The notes beneath the pieces were generated by a model. The model was not told the origin of the DNA. It saw only the letters and a list, made by a program, of their open reading frames with translations, and made no database searches. Shown here one piece after another: positions 25,219-39,436 of a DNA stretch of 64,000 nucleotides; within the stretch, counting starts at the first letter, position 1; each line of letters starts with the position of its first letter. Source of the stretch: Octopus vulgaris (lineage: Eukaryota); contig OX597828.1 in NCBI GenBank assembly GCA_951406725.2, positions 11,470,001 to 11,534,000 on the forward strand, in the 5' to 3' direction. A program made the position numbers and the translations under genes.

Positions 25219-25577
25219 AATACCAGCAGATGACAATGTGTCTCTAAAAGAAATGGAGAAACTTTCAAAATACAAAGACCTGGAAATAGAGGTAACTAGA
25301 ATGTGGAATATAAAAACAGAAACAATTTCTATCATAGTAGGCACATTAGGCATGATAGAAAAATATTCAGACAAATACATAACAAAAACACCAGGACTTA
25401 CAAACACATATAACATACAGAAAATTGCACTACTAGGCACTGCACTCATCCTACGCAAAACACTTTCAATACAGTAAGCATCAGAGCATTACAACAAATC
25501 ACAGCACATACCCAAGGCACACATAGCTGTGCTCGGTAGTGAAGTGAAAGCATGTTATAAAAATAAAACTACTGAAT
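25219..25577 (+). mobile_element. 5'-truncated Dong/R4-like RLE non-LTR retrotransposon inserted in (TAA)n
   Basis: IPADDNVSLKEMEKLSKYKDLEIEVTRMWNIKTETISIIVGTLG...IQKIALLGTALILRKTL* (stop 25477) is the C-terminus of a restriction-like endonuclease. Short 3'UTR, with (AAT)n on both sides. Confidence 0.85.
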
Positions 25578-25620
25578 GATAATAATAATAATAATAGTAA
25601 TAGTAATAATAAAAATAATT

Positions 25621-26128
25621 AATTCTTTTATTGGCCACAAGGGCTAATATAAATTATACATAAAAGACAACACAAGACGATAGAAAGGGTTTTCACATTC
25701 GTGTAAACATTAAATACCAATAAAGAGGCAACAAGTAAAACAACCAATAGGGGAGGTGCTTTAAAGGTTATTCGTGGAAAAATCCACAAAAGCCACAGGG
25801 GCCTGATCAACAGGGAAAGAGCCCTTCTCCTTTTATTCTTTTTACAGATGCATTCTCAGAATTGGTCCATTCACACTGGCCATTTTTCCAACATCCACCC
25901 ACCTTTCAACAAATTTGCTAGAAGACAACACCTCCCTCTTCACCCTCACTTTCCTTTCCAAGTGAAACTCGAAAAAATTGATGAGGGTTTGGCCAAAGAG
26001 GAAAGTGTCTGACTTTAGCCCTTTCAGACAATTACAAACAGTAGAACACTTGGAGATATGTTTTAAGAGATTTAAGGAAATACAATTAAAAATTGCCTGC
26101 CCCTCCCAGTTAAAGGAGGCATACAGGG
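25621..26128 (-). mobile_element. 5'-truncated L1/Tx1-like LINE 3' end
   Basis: Minus ORF ends ...GQTLINFFEFHLERKVRVKREVLSSSKFVERWVDVGKMASVNGPILRMHL* (25842), resembling Tx1-type ORF2 C-termini. 3'UTR ends cccttgtggccaataaaaagaa. Confidence 0.55.
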
Positions 26129-26129
26129 C

Positions 26130-26740
26130 AATAATCCTTTCTACTATAGGCACAATGCCTGAAATTTTGAGGAGGGGGACGGCCAATTACATCAACTACA
26201 GTACTCAACTGGTACCACTTTCACTTTCATCAACCCCGAAAGGATGAAAGGCAAAGTCAACCTCAGCAGAATTTGAACTCAGGACATAGCAACAGGCGAA
26301 ATACTGCGAAGAATTTTGTCCAGCATGCTAATGACTATGCCAGCTCACCACCATTAAAAATCTTTTCTACTATAGGGACACGGTTTGAAATTTTGGGGAA
26401 GGGGTCTAGTCGATTACCTCGACTCCAGTGTTTTGCTATTACTTAATCTAGTAATTCCAAAAAGATGAAAGGCAAAGTTGAACTCAGGAGAATTTGAACT
26501 CAGAGCATAGCGCTGGACAACATGCTGCTAAGGATTTTGCCTGGCATGTTTACAATCCTGCCAGCTCACTGAATAATATTAATAATAATGATGCTTGCTG
26601 ATAAAGGCACAAGACCTGAAATTTGGTAGAGGGATGTAGTTGATATCCTCCTCACCAGTATTTATTTGATATTTTATTTTGCTGACCCTGGAAAGCTAAA
26701 AGACAAAATTGACTTTGGTGTTATTTGAACATAGAATGTA
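26130..26740 (-). mobile_element. Three tandem SINE family C-related copies
   Basis: Unit ...tttctactatagg...gaaatttt...gaaaggcaaagtcaacctcag..gaatttgaactcag...gccagctcac at ~26130-26352, ~26358-26570, and degenerate at ~26590-26740. Confidence 0.75.
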
Positions 26741-27333
26741 GAGTATTGATTATGATAACAATTTCTTTTATTTGCAACAAGACAGAGAATGAGGTGGACA
26801 AATAGAAAGACTCACAACCAAAAATGTGGTGGTTTATACAAAAAATTGAATGAGAAATAAAGAGTTGAAATATAAGTACACACGATATATAAATAATAAA
26901 AGATAATGATGACACATTACTACTGCTACAGGAGAGATAATCAAGGAGTATATTACCCTGGACACTAGGGGCTAGTGCCCTCTGCCACCATCAGACCCTA
27001 AGCTACAGGTGCACATTTAAAGTGGTCCCATTCACTCTTAGTGTTTTTACAATTTTCACCCATCTTTTAAATGAATTTACTTGTGAACAGCAACATCATT
27101 TTCCCCAATACTTTCCTTCTTCAAGTTGATGAGAACTTACCGAAGAGGAATTTACCAAGCAGTAATCTATATACTAGACTACCTATGACCTGTTGGGTCA
27201 CCAGGAAACTCTGAGTTTCCCAGCAGTGGAGTTTTGTTATCGGTTTCTTTTTCCTTTCCCAGGTTATTTTGCATGCTTTCAATGAATGTGACATCGAAAT
27301 CATGTGTAAATGGCTCTTTTTCCCATAAAAGGA

Positions 27334-27450
27334 AAGATTTGGCTGCTATTTCTTGCACGCCCTTCTACCATGTAACAGGTATTTTGGGTCCTTTATCACA
27401 TATAGCTGTTACGTGGTAGCAGGGCATGCTAGAAATAGCAGCCAAATCTT
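27334..27450. repeat. Inverted repeat / hairpin with ~49-bp arms
   Basis: aagatttggctgctatttct...ctaccatgtaacag pairs with ctgttacgtggtag...agaaatagcagccaaatctt. Confidence 0.85.
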
Positions 27451-28189
27451 TGGTGGTGAGATATGTTGAATGCACTCAAAAAAACCTATGGAAAAACTCA
27501 AAACACTGACGTCATAAATGGGTTTTTATGAAATATTTACCATATTTTTTAAGCTATTTTCATTTTAAAATAGTTTTTAATTATGCCAAAATAAATTTCT
27601 GTAAAGATATTCACTTGAAAATAATTGCAAAAAAAAAACATTAAAATATTATCTGTTTAAACAAAGCTAAAATATAAATACTTACTGTACAAACAACTTA
27701 CATTTTTGAAATCACATTCACTTAAAAATATTTCTAAATGATTAAAATATTATGTTTAACAGAAGCGAAAATAGAATTATTTACTGTAAAAAAACAACTT
27801 GTATTTTTTCATTGTCAAGTCACTGTGTCCAATTGAAAGATAAGAGTTTCTTCCCTTTCAGGGTTAAGATCATTTTCGGAATATTTTCCCATTATGCACC
27901 ATTTTGGATAATTATGCCCCAAAAATCTCTACTATCTTAAAAACCACTGGTCCAATTTATGTGAAACTTGTTTCATTCTGTTCGTATTAACATTTCAGGG
28001 TAACCTTAATACATGGAATTTCCCCTTATGTGGCCATTTGGCTGGATAACATTGCAAGCAAGCAAGCAAGATTCAAGCTGACTTTTAGTGTATTATATAT
28101 ATATATATATATATATATAAATATATATATGTGTGTGTGTGTGTATGTATGTATGAGACTGGTATATAAGACCAACCCTTCCCATGGTG

Positions 28190-28420
28190 TAAAGCAGTCA
28201 TGACGGTGGCATGTAAAAGTGTCCATGTGGTTCCACATAAAGGAGCCCATGCAATGCCATGTAAAAGCACCCAGCACACTCTGCAAAGTGGTTGGCATTA
28301 GGGAGGGCATCCAACGGCAGAAACCATCCAAAATCAGACTGGAGTCTGGTGCAGCTCCCCAGCTTTGGCTAAACTATCCAACTCATGCCAGCATGGACAC
28401 AGACATTAAATGATGACGAT
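28190..28420 (+). mobile_element. RTE 3' tail fragment
   Basis: taaaagcacccagcacactctg..aagtggttggcattagggagggcatcc...catgccagcatgga...cattaaatgatgacgat. Confidence 0.8.
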
Positions 28421-28740
28421 GGTAGAGGGCCAGGAGGGCAGGAACAGGTCAATGCGGTCATCCAACAAGTTGGATCCTTGGGAAATATTCAACCCATGCT
28501 AGCAGGAAAGACAGGTACTCTTGCAGGAACATGTCTGACCACTGAGAAACATTACCTTGATTGGAAGTAGATAAGGATTAGTGACAGGAAGGACATCTGG
28601 CCATAGAGAATCTGCGTCGATAAAACTCTGTTCCATGCATGCATGAAAAATGTGTATATATGTGTGTGTGTGTGTGTGTGTGACATGCACAGAGAAAACG
28701 AGAAAGAAAATTTTGTATGTGTGAATGTGAATGAATTGCT

Positions 28741-28774
<34 letters not shown>

Positions 28775-29675
28775 TACACACATACACAGAGCCAGGGACA
28801 TATATTTTAAGCCCTGTTGGCCAAAAACACCTAAAAGCAAAATGAAGACTAGATCCTCTAAGTTGCCCAGCAGCTTTACCTTCTCCATCAGTCGGTCAGT
28901 CACCTTACATAAGAACAACACAGGCTGATAAAGAAATAAAGTGAGCCTCTATGTAATTCTTCAAAGTGCAAAAAGAAATAACAGCTAAATCTCCACCAAA
29001 TTACACCTTACAGCCATTAATAAAAAGTAAAAATATAACACGCTGGAATGAGAGGATGCATTCAATATTGAGGTGCTATATATACAAAACAATAGCTATT
29101 TTAGCTGGACTATAAATATTATAATTAGCTGTTCTTCGTTTATATAATTAGCTCTTCTATTTTTCCACACACAAATTTAATTACAGATTAGTTTTGATAT
29201 CTTTATATTCTAGACAACTAAATGGTAGAGACATTGGAGGTCTGTCTTGCAATACTTGCTGTGATTGTCTGTACTTTAAGTTCAAATCCTGTTGTGGCTT
29301 ATTCAGCCGTTAGTTGGATAAATCCTGACTGGCAAAAATTGAAGTTCCACTCAATGCAATATGCATGATAAATGTATTGAGTTCTTTCATTAATAAATGA
29401 TGATGTTTTGCACTGAACTACTGAGTTTGCATACAAACAAACCATTACCAGTTGTCGTGTGGTATGCACATACATACATACATACATACATATATACATG
29501 TCCTTCTAATTTAATTAAATTCTATGTCTTTGTGCAGCTGAAGATTGCTCTACATTTTAAATTGATGTAATGAAATGATTGCATTGTTCTATTAATTGGA
29601 GTCACATGAAACGATCGTACTGCATTACCTCTGGATATCCTTGTTGCTTATTTTGATTTTACATACATAGGTACG

Positions 29676-29838
29676 CATGCATGCATGCATGCATACATAT
29701 ACATACATACATGCATGCATGCATGCATACATACATACATACATACATACATACATACATACATACATACATACATACATACATACATACATACATACAT
29801 ACATACATACATACATACATACATACATACATACATAC
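29676..29838. repeat. (CATG)n/(TACA)n tetranucleotide microsatellite
   Basis: Directly visible. Confidence 0.95.
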
Positions 29839-30014
29839 AGGGGTTACAGAATGGACAGGATAATACCTATGTTTCATAGTGAGTAGAACCTCAGAAGTGG
29901 TAAATGTCCAGTGGAGGTGTATAACACAGGTACTCTTTAGGCCAAGGCTATGTTGGATCTTGCATTATTCATATATAATACATAAATAATAAGATCCTAG
30001 GATCTTACATTCAT

Positions 30015-30340
30015 ATATTCTTTCATTTGTTTCAGTCATTTGACTGTGGCCATGGTGGAGCACCACCTTTAGTCAAACAAATCGACCCTGGGACTTATTC
30101 TGTCAGTCTCTTTTGCCAAGCCACTAAATTATGGGGATGTGAAAATGCTAACATTGGTTGTCAAGCAATGGTGTAGGGTACAAACACAGACACACACACA
30201 TACATATATAGCAAATCCACTCACGAGGCTTTGGTCAGCCTGAGGCTATGCTATAAGACACTTGCCCAAGGTACCACACAGTGGATTTGAACCCAGAACC
30301 ATGTGGTTGGCAAGCAAGCTACTTACCACACAGCCACTCC
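30015..30340 (-). mobile_element. SINE family A
   Basis: Reverse complement of the family A pattern. Confidence 0.85.
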
Positions 30341-30391
30341 TATACACATATATAGATATAGATATACACACATACGTACATACATATATAC

Positions 30392-30476
<85 letters not shown>

Positions 30477-31034
30477 TAATGTAAATAGAACATCATGCAG
30501 GCAAAGAAAGATGGTCACGTGAGGAAAAGAAAGATGGATGATGGTCACATGTAAGCAATGAGAGAAAAAGAGAAAGATGGGGAGAGAGACAGACAGATAG
30601 ATAGAAAACGATGAAGGGGAGAAAAAGGGAATTAGAGAAGGATGGGGGGAAAATCGTATACAGTAGAGTTGCATCAAAACTGTTAAGAGAAATTTACTTG
30701 GAAATGGATGCGTGCATGCATGCGTGCGTACATACATACATACATACATGGCTTTAACATGGTTTCCTTTCAATGAATTCTGTGACAAGGCAATGGTCAA
30801 CTTGGAGCTTAGCAGCGGACACTTAAAAGCCACTCCCGTAAAATGTGGTACAGTGGGACTGAACCCAAAACCATGTGGTTGCAAAATGAGATTTTTAACC
30901 CCACTAGTCATGTCTATTTATTTATGTCCTCCTTTTCATAAACATTTACATAACTTCATATTGTTTTACTTGTAAGCATAGACGCAAGAGTTTTATATAT
31001 ATCTGATATTTGATGTACTCTTTCGTCTCTTTTA

Positions 31035-31392
31035 CTCTTTTACTTGTTTCAGTCATTTGACTATGGCCATGCTGGAGCACCCCAGGACTTATTCTTTGTA
31101 AGCCGAGTACTTATTCTATCGGTCACTTTTGCCAAACTGCTAAGTTACGGGGATGTAAACACACCAGCATCGGTTGTCAAGTGATGTTGGGGGGACAAAC
31201 ACAGACACACATACATACATATATATATACATATATACGACAGGCTTCTTTTAGCTTCCGTCTACCAAATACACTCACAAGGATTTGGTCAGCCCAAGGC
31301 TATAGTAGAAGAAACATTCCCAAGGTGCCACACAGTGGGACTGAACCCAGAACCATGTGGTTGTTAAGCAAGCTACTTACCATATAGCCATT
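31035..31392 (-). mobile_element. SINE family A
   Basis: Reverse complement of the family A pattern. Confidence 0.88.
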
Positions 31393-33110
31393 TGTCATGA
31401 AGTCAGATTCTTCTTAAAAGTATTTAAGAAATATTATTCTGAGCAACAAGTTCGAGTACCATAACAGGAAGGAGATAGAACTAAGAGGAATGCAGGCTTT
31501 ATGAATACCAGTTATTGTTTAGCCCTGGGCATCATGAATCTTAGTTAAAGACTTGGCTAACATACATATACACACTGACGCATTACACACACACACACAG
31601 AGCACATGCTCTCATATACACACATGCATTTATATACATGCACAAACACCTTACTTCTGATAAGACATTGGTATAATGTTTCACTCACAATTGCAAGTAA
31701 GTCCAATGCATGCATGCACACAGATATGCATACGTGAATGCACATAGACTATAACTTCCCTTATGCATTATATACATCTCTGACACACACTATACACACA
31801 CAAACACACATATACACATGCATACACATACTACTCAAACACAAACCTGTTTACTCAAACTCAGTTACTGATATCTTACCCCTGATAATGATAAAACATT
31901 AAGTACGGACGATACAAGTACAGATGCACACACACACACACAAGCACAAACATGTACACACACACTCACACATGCACACACAGACACACACACTCACATC
32001 TCGTGTAGAGGCATACCCAAACACAAACTTGCACATACAAGAATGCCCACTCACAACTCTATACACACATGCATGTAAACCACAAACATACGCACACACA
32101 CACACCTTATTTCAAAGACAGTAAGTATAAGTGAAACACACACACACACACACACAAAGTGACTCACACATAGCATTCACACGCATACATATGTACATAC
32201 ACACAACATATACATAGACACACGCACATACACAAGCAGAAACCCATTCATACACTCACTCTTGTAAAATACTTTATCGGTGATAAGACATTAAGTATTT
32301 GTGAAACACACACACACATGCATGCACACCTACAGACACACACACATACATGCACACCTACACACACACGCACTTAACAAATAATAATTATCACCAATAA
32401 GACACTGAGTATAAGTGAGATAAACAAATAAAAGCCAGCAAGCAAACGCAGCAAAGAAACACGAAACACACAAAAACACTGGTGACAAAGTAATCATATT
32501 TCTTATAAGATATTACACCACAGAGAAGTAGGTGTTGCTTGACTTCCCATTTCTTTAGCTTATTGGGATCTGCCGTATAAATGGTTATCAATGAAAGCCA
32601 CCGACCGGCCAGCATCGCCTGAGGGGAGCACATTGATTTCTACCTAATTTCTTCATCATTATTTTGTTGGAAAGCTTCCGTTGGTTCTCTCTTCTAAGGT
32701 GCCAACTAACTTAATGAGTTTTTGTGGCAGCTTCACAACCAGTAAAGACTGAATATAATTCTGCTTCGTTAATACACTTAGGTGCTTTTCCAGCATTCTT
32801 ATGGTGTCAATGGGTCGCTGCTAAGCCAGAAACTACTTCTTACCTGATAACAAAAGATTCAAATCTGCCTTACTTCAGATGTTATTGTTGTTGCTGTTCT
32901 CAGTGCTGTTTAGCCCCAGGCTATTCAGATTAAGTAGACTTACAGTTAAAGGCTATGACTATACAGAAGACATTATTTATTTATTTATATATTTATCTAT
33001 GTTTTCAGATTTGTCTTTCCTGTTTTAAGACAGTAGGGTGTAATAAAGGAGGTTTAGCAGCTATTTCTAGCAGCTGAAGAGACTACATAAACAATCTCTT
33101 TACTCTATGT

Positions 33111-33378
33111 TAGTGTTTCTCGATCCCTTTCTTTTTTTTTTTTTTTAACCTATGGACCCCTTTGATTCCTATTTTATTCAGATGGACCCTCATAGGCATT
33201 CGATGTTAAAAAAATCCTACTGTATTTCTATAATTAAATATCATCAAAATTTGTATGAAAAAATTGTTAAAATATAATGCGTATTGTTGAAATATAACCA
33301 ATTCATAGCAGATAAATTTTAACAACAAAAACTTATACAGACCACCAAGGGGTCATATGAATCCCAGTTGAGAATGAT
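33111..33378. mobile_element. Degenerate hAT-like MITE
   Basis: Ends tagtgtttctcga... and ...gttgagaatgatta resemble CAGTGGTTCTCAAC-type TIRs. Subterminal atggacccc motifs. Confidence 0.4.
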
Positions 33379-34139
33379 TAATCTATATGGGACTGGATGG
33401 GAACTTTACAGCATGTCTTCAAGTCTATGGGTGTAATTTAAAAACGAAACTAGGGCAGTAGCTGCCCAGAAGAAAGTAGGAGCTTGAAACAAATTTCTAA
33501 ATACAATTTGATTCATTTGAATGAGACACTTACTCTTCCCATCACACCCAAACTACTGTCCCCCTCCCTTAAAGAAGCAATTTGAATTTGATCTGATTTA
33601 TTCGAAAAAGAAATTGTTTACTTCATTAGGGTATACACTGGATGCCTGAGAGAAAATTCATGCCAACACAAAAACTCTTCCATAAGCTGCCAAGGAGAAG
33701 AATACTAATATACCACATGGTTTTTGAAGAGCATGAAAAAAAAAAGGGTGGCACAAAGAATTCACATCCTGGATAGAGTCACATCACTGTGGAATGGCAC
33801 ATAACACTGCAGCTTATATTTATCAGAAAAATGATTGCAAGTTAAGGACTGATGATCATTTAACAAACATACATACTGTAATACATCAAAATCATTTCCT
33901 GATAGTGACATTTTGTAACAAGCAAGCTCCTGTAAAAGTCTGTGTGCCAAATGATTTAAAAAAAAAAATTTAATATGTGTCATGTTACAGCATAATTTTT
34001 GCCACATCTGCTGGCAGATAAACAAAAAGAGGAACTGAGACACATTGAGTTAGGAGCTGTTAAATCATTTGAATGTTGAGGGTTTTTGAAATGTGTTATC
34101 AGAGGTGAAGAAATGTAGATGTGAAAAAAAAGGCATTCT

Positions 34140-34700
34140 CACAGAGTTCAATTATCATCAATGCAACCAAAAAGGAGAAAAGAAATAAAATTAAAAAACA
34201 CATCAGAGTCATTCAAATATGAAGGTGATGTTAATTGTTTTCTTTAACTAGAAAATCATTGTTCAAGATGATTGCATTCTAGATGTCAGACAATCAATAA
34301 ATAGTTTTAGTTGATTGTCCTGGGTTGTTTGAGAGATGCAGTGTAAAGGAAGAGGCCTGAAGCATGGACCAACAAAAACCTGGACACTGCACCATGCCAA
34401 TACTCTGACTCCTGCAACATTCATCTCTGACATTTTAGCAAAGTAGGAGTTGTCTCTCATTCTTTGGCAGCTTTCCTCTCCAGATTTGACCCCAGTGAGC
34501 AGTATTTTGTCACCAAAATTGAAATCTAGCCTGAAAGATTCCTGCTTTCATACGCAAAGAAAGGCCAAAGAAATCTGCAACAAGGATTGTGCATTATCTC
34601 AAAAAACAAGTTCAGAAACTGGAAAAGAGAAAATTCAGAATAAGAAAAAGTGAGTTGCATATTAAAAGTGGAGGGACCAATTTTGAAGGACATGAAACTA
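34140..34700 (+). pseudogene. Mariner transposase relic
   Basis: Frameshifted SNMKVMLIVFFN...QTINK...RDAV*RKRPE...WTLHHAN...SSPDLTP...PKLKSSLK are decayed LHHDNA and YSPDLAP motifs. Confidence 0.7.
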
Positions 34701-36014
34701 ATTTGCAAGTAAAGTAATGACATTTGCAATAATGGTTTTGAAAAATTCTGATTTATATATTAGCTTGTGGTCTTATCTTAGAAAGAAATGAATCAAGAAA
34801 TTCTTTATAAGTCTCTTGACTGGCTAGAAATAACAGCCAATTGCCATAACTGGCAATTTCTGTTTGTTACCATCTTGCTGCCTATACCTGAGAACCAATT
34901 TTGACGAAACTCTGCATACATGTTAAACTAACATCCAGTTCTATTATAGGTTAATTGAATTTCAATAAAAATATACATTGGACCCCCTATTGGGGTTGGG
35001 CTATTATATGATAAAATGGGAAGGATGCAAAGAGTGTTAGTGTCAGGGAAATGTAGTAGCATAGTGAGTATGACATCAGGGAAGGAGACAACAGTGTTGT
35101 GTAAGCGACAAATATGGGGAGGCAATGGGATAAAACATTAATACAGCTTCCATGTACATGTGATGCTGCATTCAAACTTTTGCAAATACATAGATACACA
35201 CACACAAGTAACTTTTAAGATGCCAAGGAAGGGAAAGAAAGGTAGGTGTGAGGAATACAGAGCTTTAAGGAGGGGGTAAGTAGCTTTTCTGCAGTCCATC
35301 ACAAAGAAACACTCACACACAGACACACACACATACATACATATATACATACATGTCTACTATACATCATTCTAAACATGTGATTACCTGTGTGTACGTT
35401 TGTAAATGTGCGTGCATGTGTGTTTGTGCCACATCCTATAACTGTTTGTCTCTCTACTTTTATAAGGTCTTATTATGAAATGTTAAAATTACGTCAAAAT
35501 TTTCAAATTTGGTATACTGAGATAATTTTCTATGTTAAATCTGATTTTGTTACTTATTTGTTCCAGAAAAATTGCAGAAAAATGTTGCTGAGGTTTAAAG
35601 TTTAATCAATTTTACCAAATTAGAAAACAGGATTTGGAAGCTGACAAATCACAAAATGAAAGCAAAACTATTATGAGGAGGAGGTTTTATTAAACAAATG
35701 AACGCAAAGCATTACAATGACAAAAGATGTAAAAACTTCTAAAGTCTTAATAAGTTTTAATGAATAAAGTCATGTGAAATGGTTGAACAAACATGTAAAT
35801 AATCTAAAAAGGAAAAAAAAAATCCACAACAAAGTTTTTTGCAAAAAATTGCACAAATCTGCCCTCATCAAGAGGCCTCTCTGTTAGGGAAGACATGGTC
35901 TGACATGCAACAAAGAAAAATTTATATAAGATATTCTATCGTAAAAATTGCCTGGTAACGATGGGCTATTCAGCAAGTATATATATGTATATATATAAAT
36001 ATATATATATATGT

Positions 36015-36047
<33 letters not shown>

Positions 36048-36048
<1 letters not shown>

Positions 36049-36272
36049 TCTTTTATTTGTTTGTCATTTGACTGTGGCCATGCTGGAGCACTGCCTTTAA
36101 TCGAAGAAATCAACTCCAGAACTAATTCTTTGTAAACTTAGAAATTTTTCTATCACTCTCTTTTCCTAAACCGCTAAGTTACAGGGACATAAACACACCA
36201 ACATCGGTTGCCATGTGAAGGTGGGCTGACAAACACAGACATACACATACATACATACATACATATATGTGT

Positions 36273-36313
<41 letters not shown>

Positions 36314-36470
36314 ACCTGCTTTTTTCAGTTCCCGTCTACCAAATCCACTCACAGGGATTTGGTCAGCTTGAGGTTATAGTAGAAGACACTTGCCCAAGGT
36401 GCCACGCAGTGGGACTGAACCCAGAACCATGTGGTTGGTAAGCAAGCTACTTACCACACAGTCACTCCTA
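36048..36470 (-). mobile_element. SINE family A
   Basis: Reverse complement of family A with internal (TA)n. Confidence 0.88.
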
Positions 36471-36649
36471 TGAATTAATATAAACAGTCAGATGGAATGT
36501 GATACCATAAAGGAAAAATTCAATCATCACTAAGTGTGACCAAGGATGCCAGAGCACCTACATTGCTAGAAATTAGAGTTAGTTCTGTAAGAGGAGCACA
36601 GAAAGTATACAAACATGCTGACAGGGGAGCCAACTGCCCCATACACACA

Positions 36650-37020
<371 letters not shown>

Positions 37021-38176
37021 TTTCCTTTAAATTTCCAATGTTACATGTATTACTTATTTCATCATTATACAAATAAAATTAAGTATTCACTATATTTCTT
37101 CTACATTTTCTTATATCATATTAACTATATATATATATATTTATATATATATATATATGTGTGTGTGTGTATGTATGTATGTATGAATGTATATATATAA
37201 TTTTTGCCCACAAACTTACCAAAATGGTTGAGTTGGAGAGCCTCTACAGGCTCAATAGATGTGCAAGTAATAGCACCCAAAAGACTGTCAATTCATATCC
37301 TACCACATGTGACACATAGAAAGACACGTTGTCTAAAGTAGTGGCACATTGAAAAAGGAGAGAGGTATAATGAACAACTGGACTGTCTTGACTCATAGGT
37401 CTGTTTAATCAGGACTGACTGAACCTAGGGTTAAACTTACAACAAAAACTCTACATTTATAGATGATTCAAAGATGTTTAATCTCAATTGATAAATGTCA
37501 CAAGAGTGTCAGAGAGAAGGGGAGATTGTCCAGGACTTCAAAATTCCCCTGTGTCCTCCCCTGCCAACAGTGGCTTGCTGCCACTGAACGAGATAAGCTG
37601 CAGATACTAAGGCACTTACTTAAGGAACTCCCAAGCTTATCACCATTTCTGCCAGGTCCCAAAAGATCCATTTCTCTTTTATCAGAAAATGTGAGATTGA
37701 AACTTAGAATATACAGAGCCAGAATAGATACTGCAAGTTATCGCACAAGCCAATCCATCAGTCTAGGCTGGTACTTTTGTTATTGATCAGAAGGAAAGGA
37801 TAAAAGCCAAACCAGATCTTGTCACGATTCAAAATCAGAGCACACAGAGCCTGAACAAATACCACAAGGCATTATATCATTACATCTGCGGCTATAATGA
37901 TTGCCAATTCCCTTTCTTAATCTTACAAGATAAATAATAATTTATCAATATATGTTGATCCACATACTGTTAAAATGGCCAAATAGAAGTAAACAACAAT
38001 CTCTGAGTAGCCTGGTAATGAGGAATATATTTCCAAAGACCGAATAACACAGAACTGCTCATATTACGTTGCAGTATAACTAAGAAGATATCATGTAATG
38101 GGGCAATTTCATACATTAATGTGTGTGTGTGTGTGTAGATAGATAGATAGATAGATAGGTAGACAGAAAGCTAGAC

Positions 38177-38240
<64 letters not shown>

Positions 38241-39061
38241 TATTTATATTTATCAATCTATCTTTATTTGTGTGTCTGTGTCTGTGTATATATGTATGTA
38301 TCTATTTATGTATGTATGTATATGTATTATTTCTTTCTTTTCAGGGAAATTATAGAGTAAAGACAGTAGATAAATATTATAGCTAAAGCCTGGGTATTCT
38401 AAAAATAATTCCAAATACAGATATTGAAGATCTTAGCTACACTTCTAAACTAGAATCCATCAAACAGGCTTCTCAATTCAAAATGGCCAAATCCAACGTA
38501 TCGGTTTGCAAGAAGAGAGCAATTAGTTTATTTGATTGGTTTTTAATGGAGCTTCACCAACCAAAGTCATTTGATAACAAATCCTAGATTTATAAGATTT
38601 TTCTAGCTAAAGTCTCTCTAAGCCCCTACTTTGCTTTCTATTGCAATGCAGAAATCAAAAACTGAGAATCCAACTTGAATGCAATAGAGACATAGGACAG
38701 AGAGAGAGTGAAAGAGAGAGAGAGAGAGAGAGAGTGAGAGAGAGAGAGAAAGACAGACAGAGAGAGCTGATGAATGAGAAAGACAAGACAGAGAGAAGTA
38801 AGGAGCAAATAAGAAATTCAGAATCCAGTAAAGTAAGAGAGAGAGAGAGACTGTAAGACAGAGTTACATCATCTCTGACAGAAACACAATCCAATATCAG
38901 ATAATGGCTCAGCCAGTAAAGACAGCTAGCTAATATGCCATTTTCTTCCAAGTTCCAGTGGCTCATAAATTGATACAGTTTATAAACACACAGACAAACA
39001 CAAACACATATCCGCGCGTATGTGTACATGCATATGTATGCATGTAAATATGCATATGGAA

Positions 39062-39098
<37 letters not shown>

Positions 39099-39196
39099 AA
39101 TACATGTATATATATATATGTATATATACAAATACATGTATATATATATATATATATGTATATATACAAATACATGTATATATATATATATATATG

Positions 39197-39293
<97 letters not shown>

Positions 39294-39346
39294 TCATACA
39301 TATACAGATGCACAAAAATTTAAACACATGTGTAGCCATCACTGGC

Positions 39347-39379
<33 letters not shown>

Positions 39380-39394
39380 ATAAATACGTACATA

Positions 39395-39436
<42 letters not shown>

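Noticed and set aside
31659-32420. CRISPR-like repeat/spacer appearance
   Set aside because: Eukaryotic context, degenerate repeats, irregular low-complexity spacers, and no cas genes.
37612-37685. Minus-strand mini-exon (MDLLGPGRNGDKLGSSL, then GTAAGT)
   Set aside because: Good donor but no convincing acceptor or homology. Compatible with chance.
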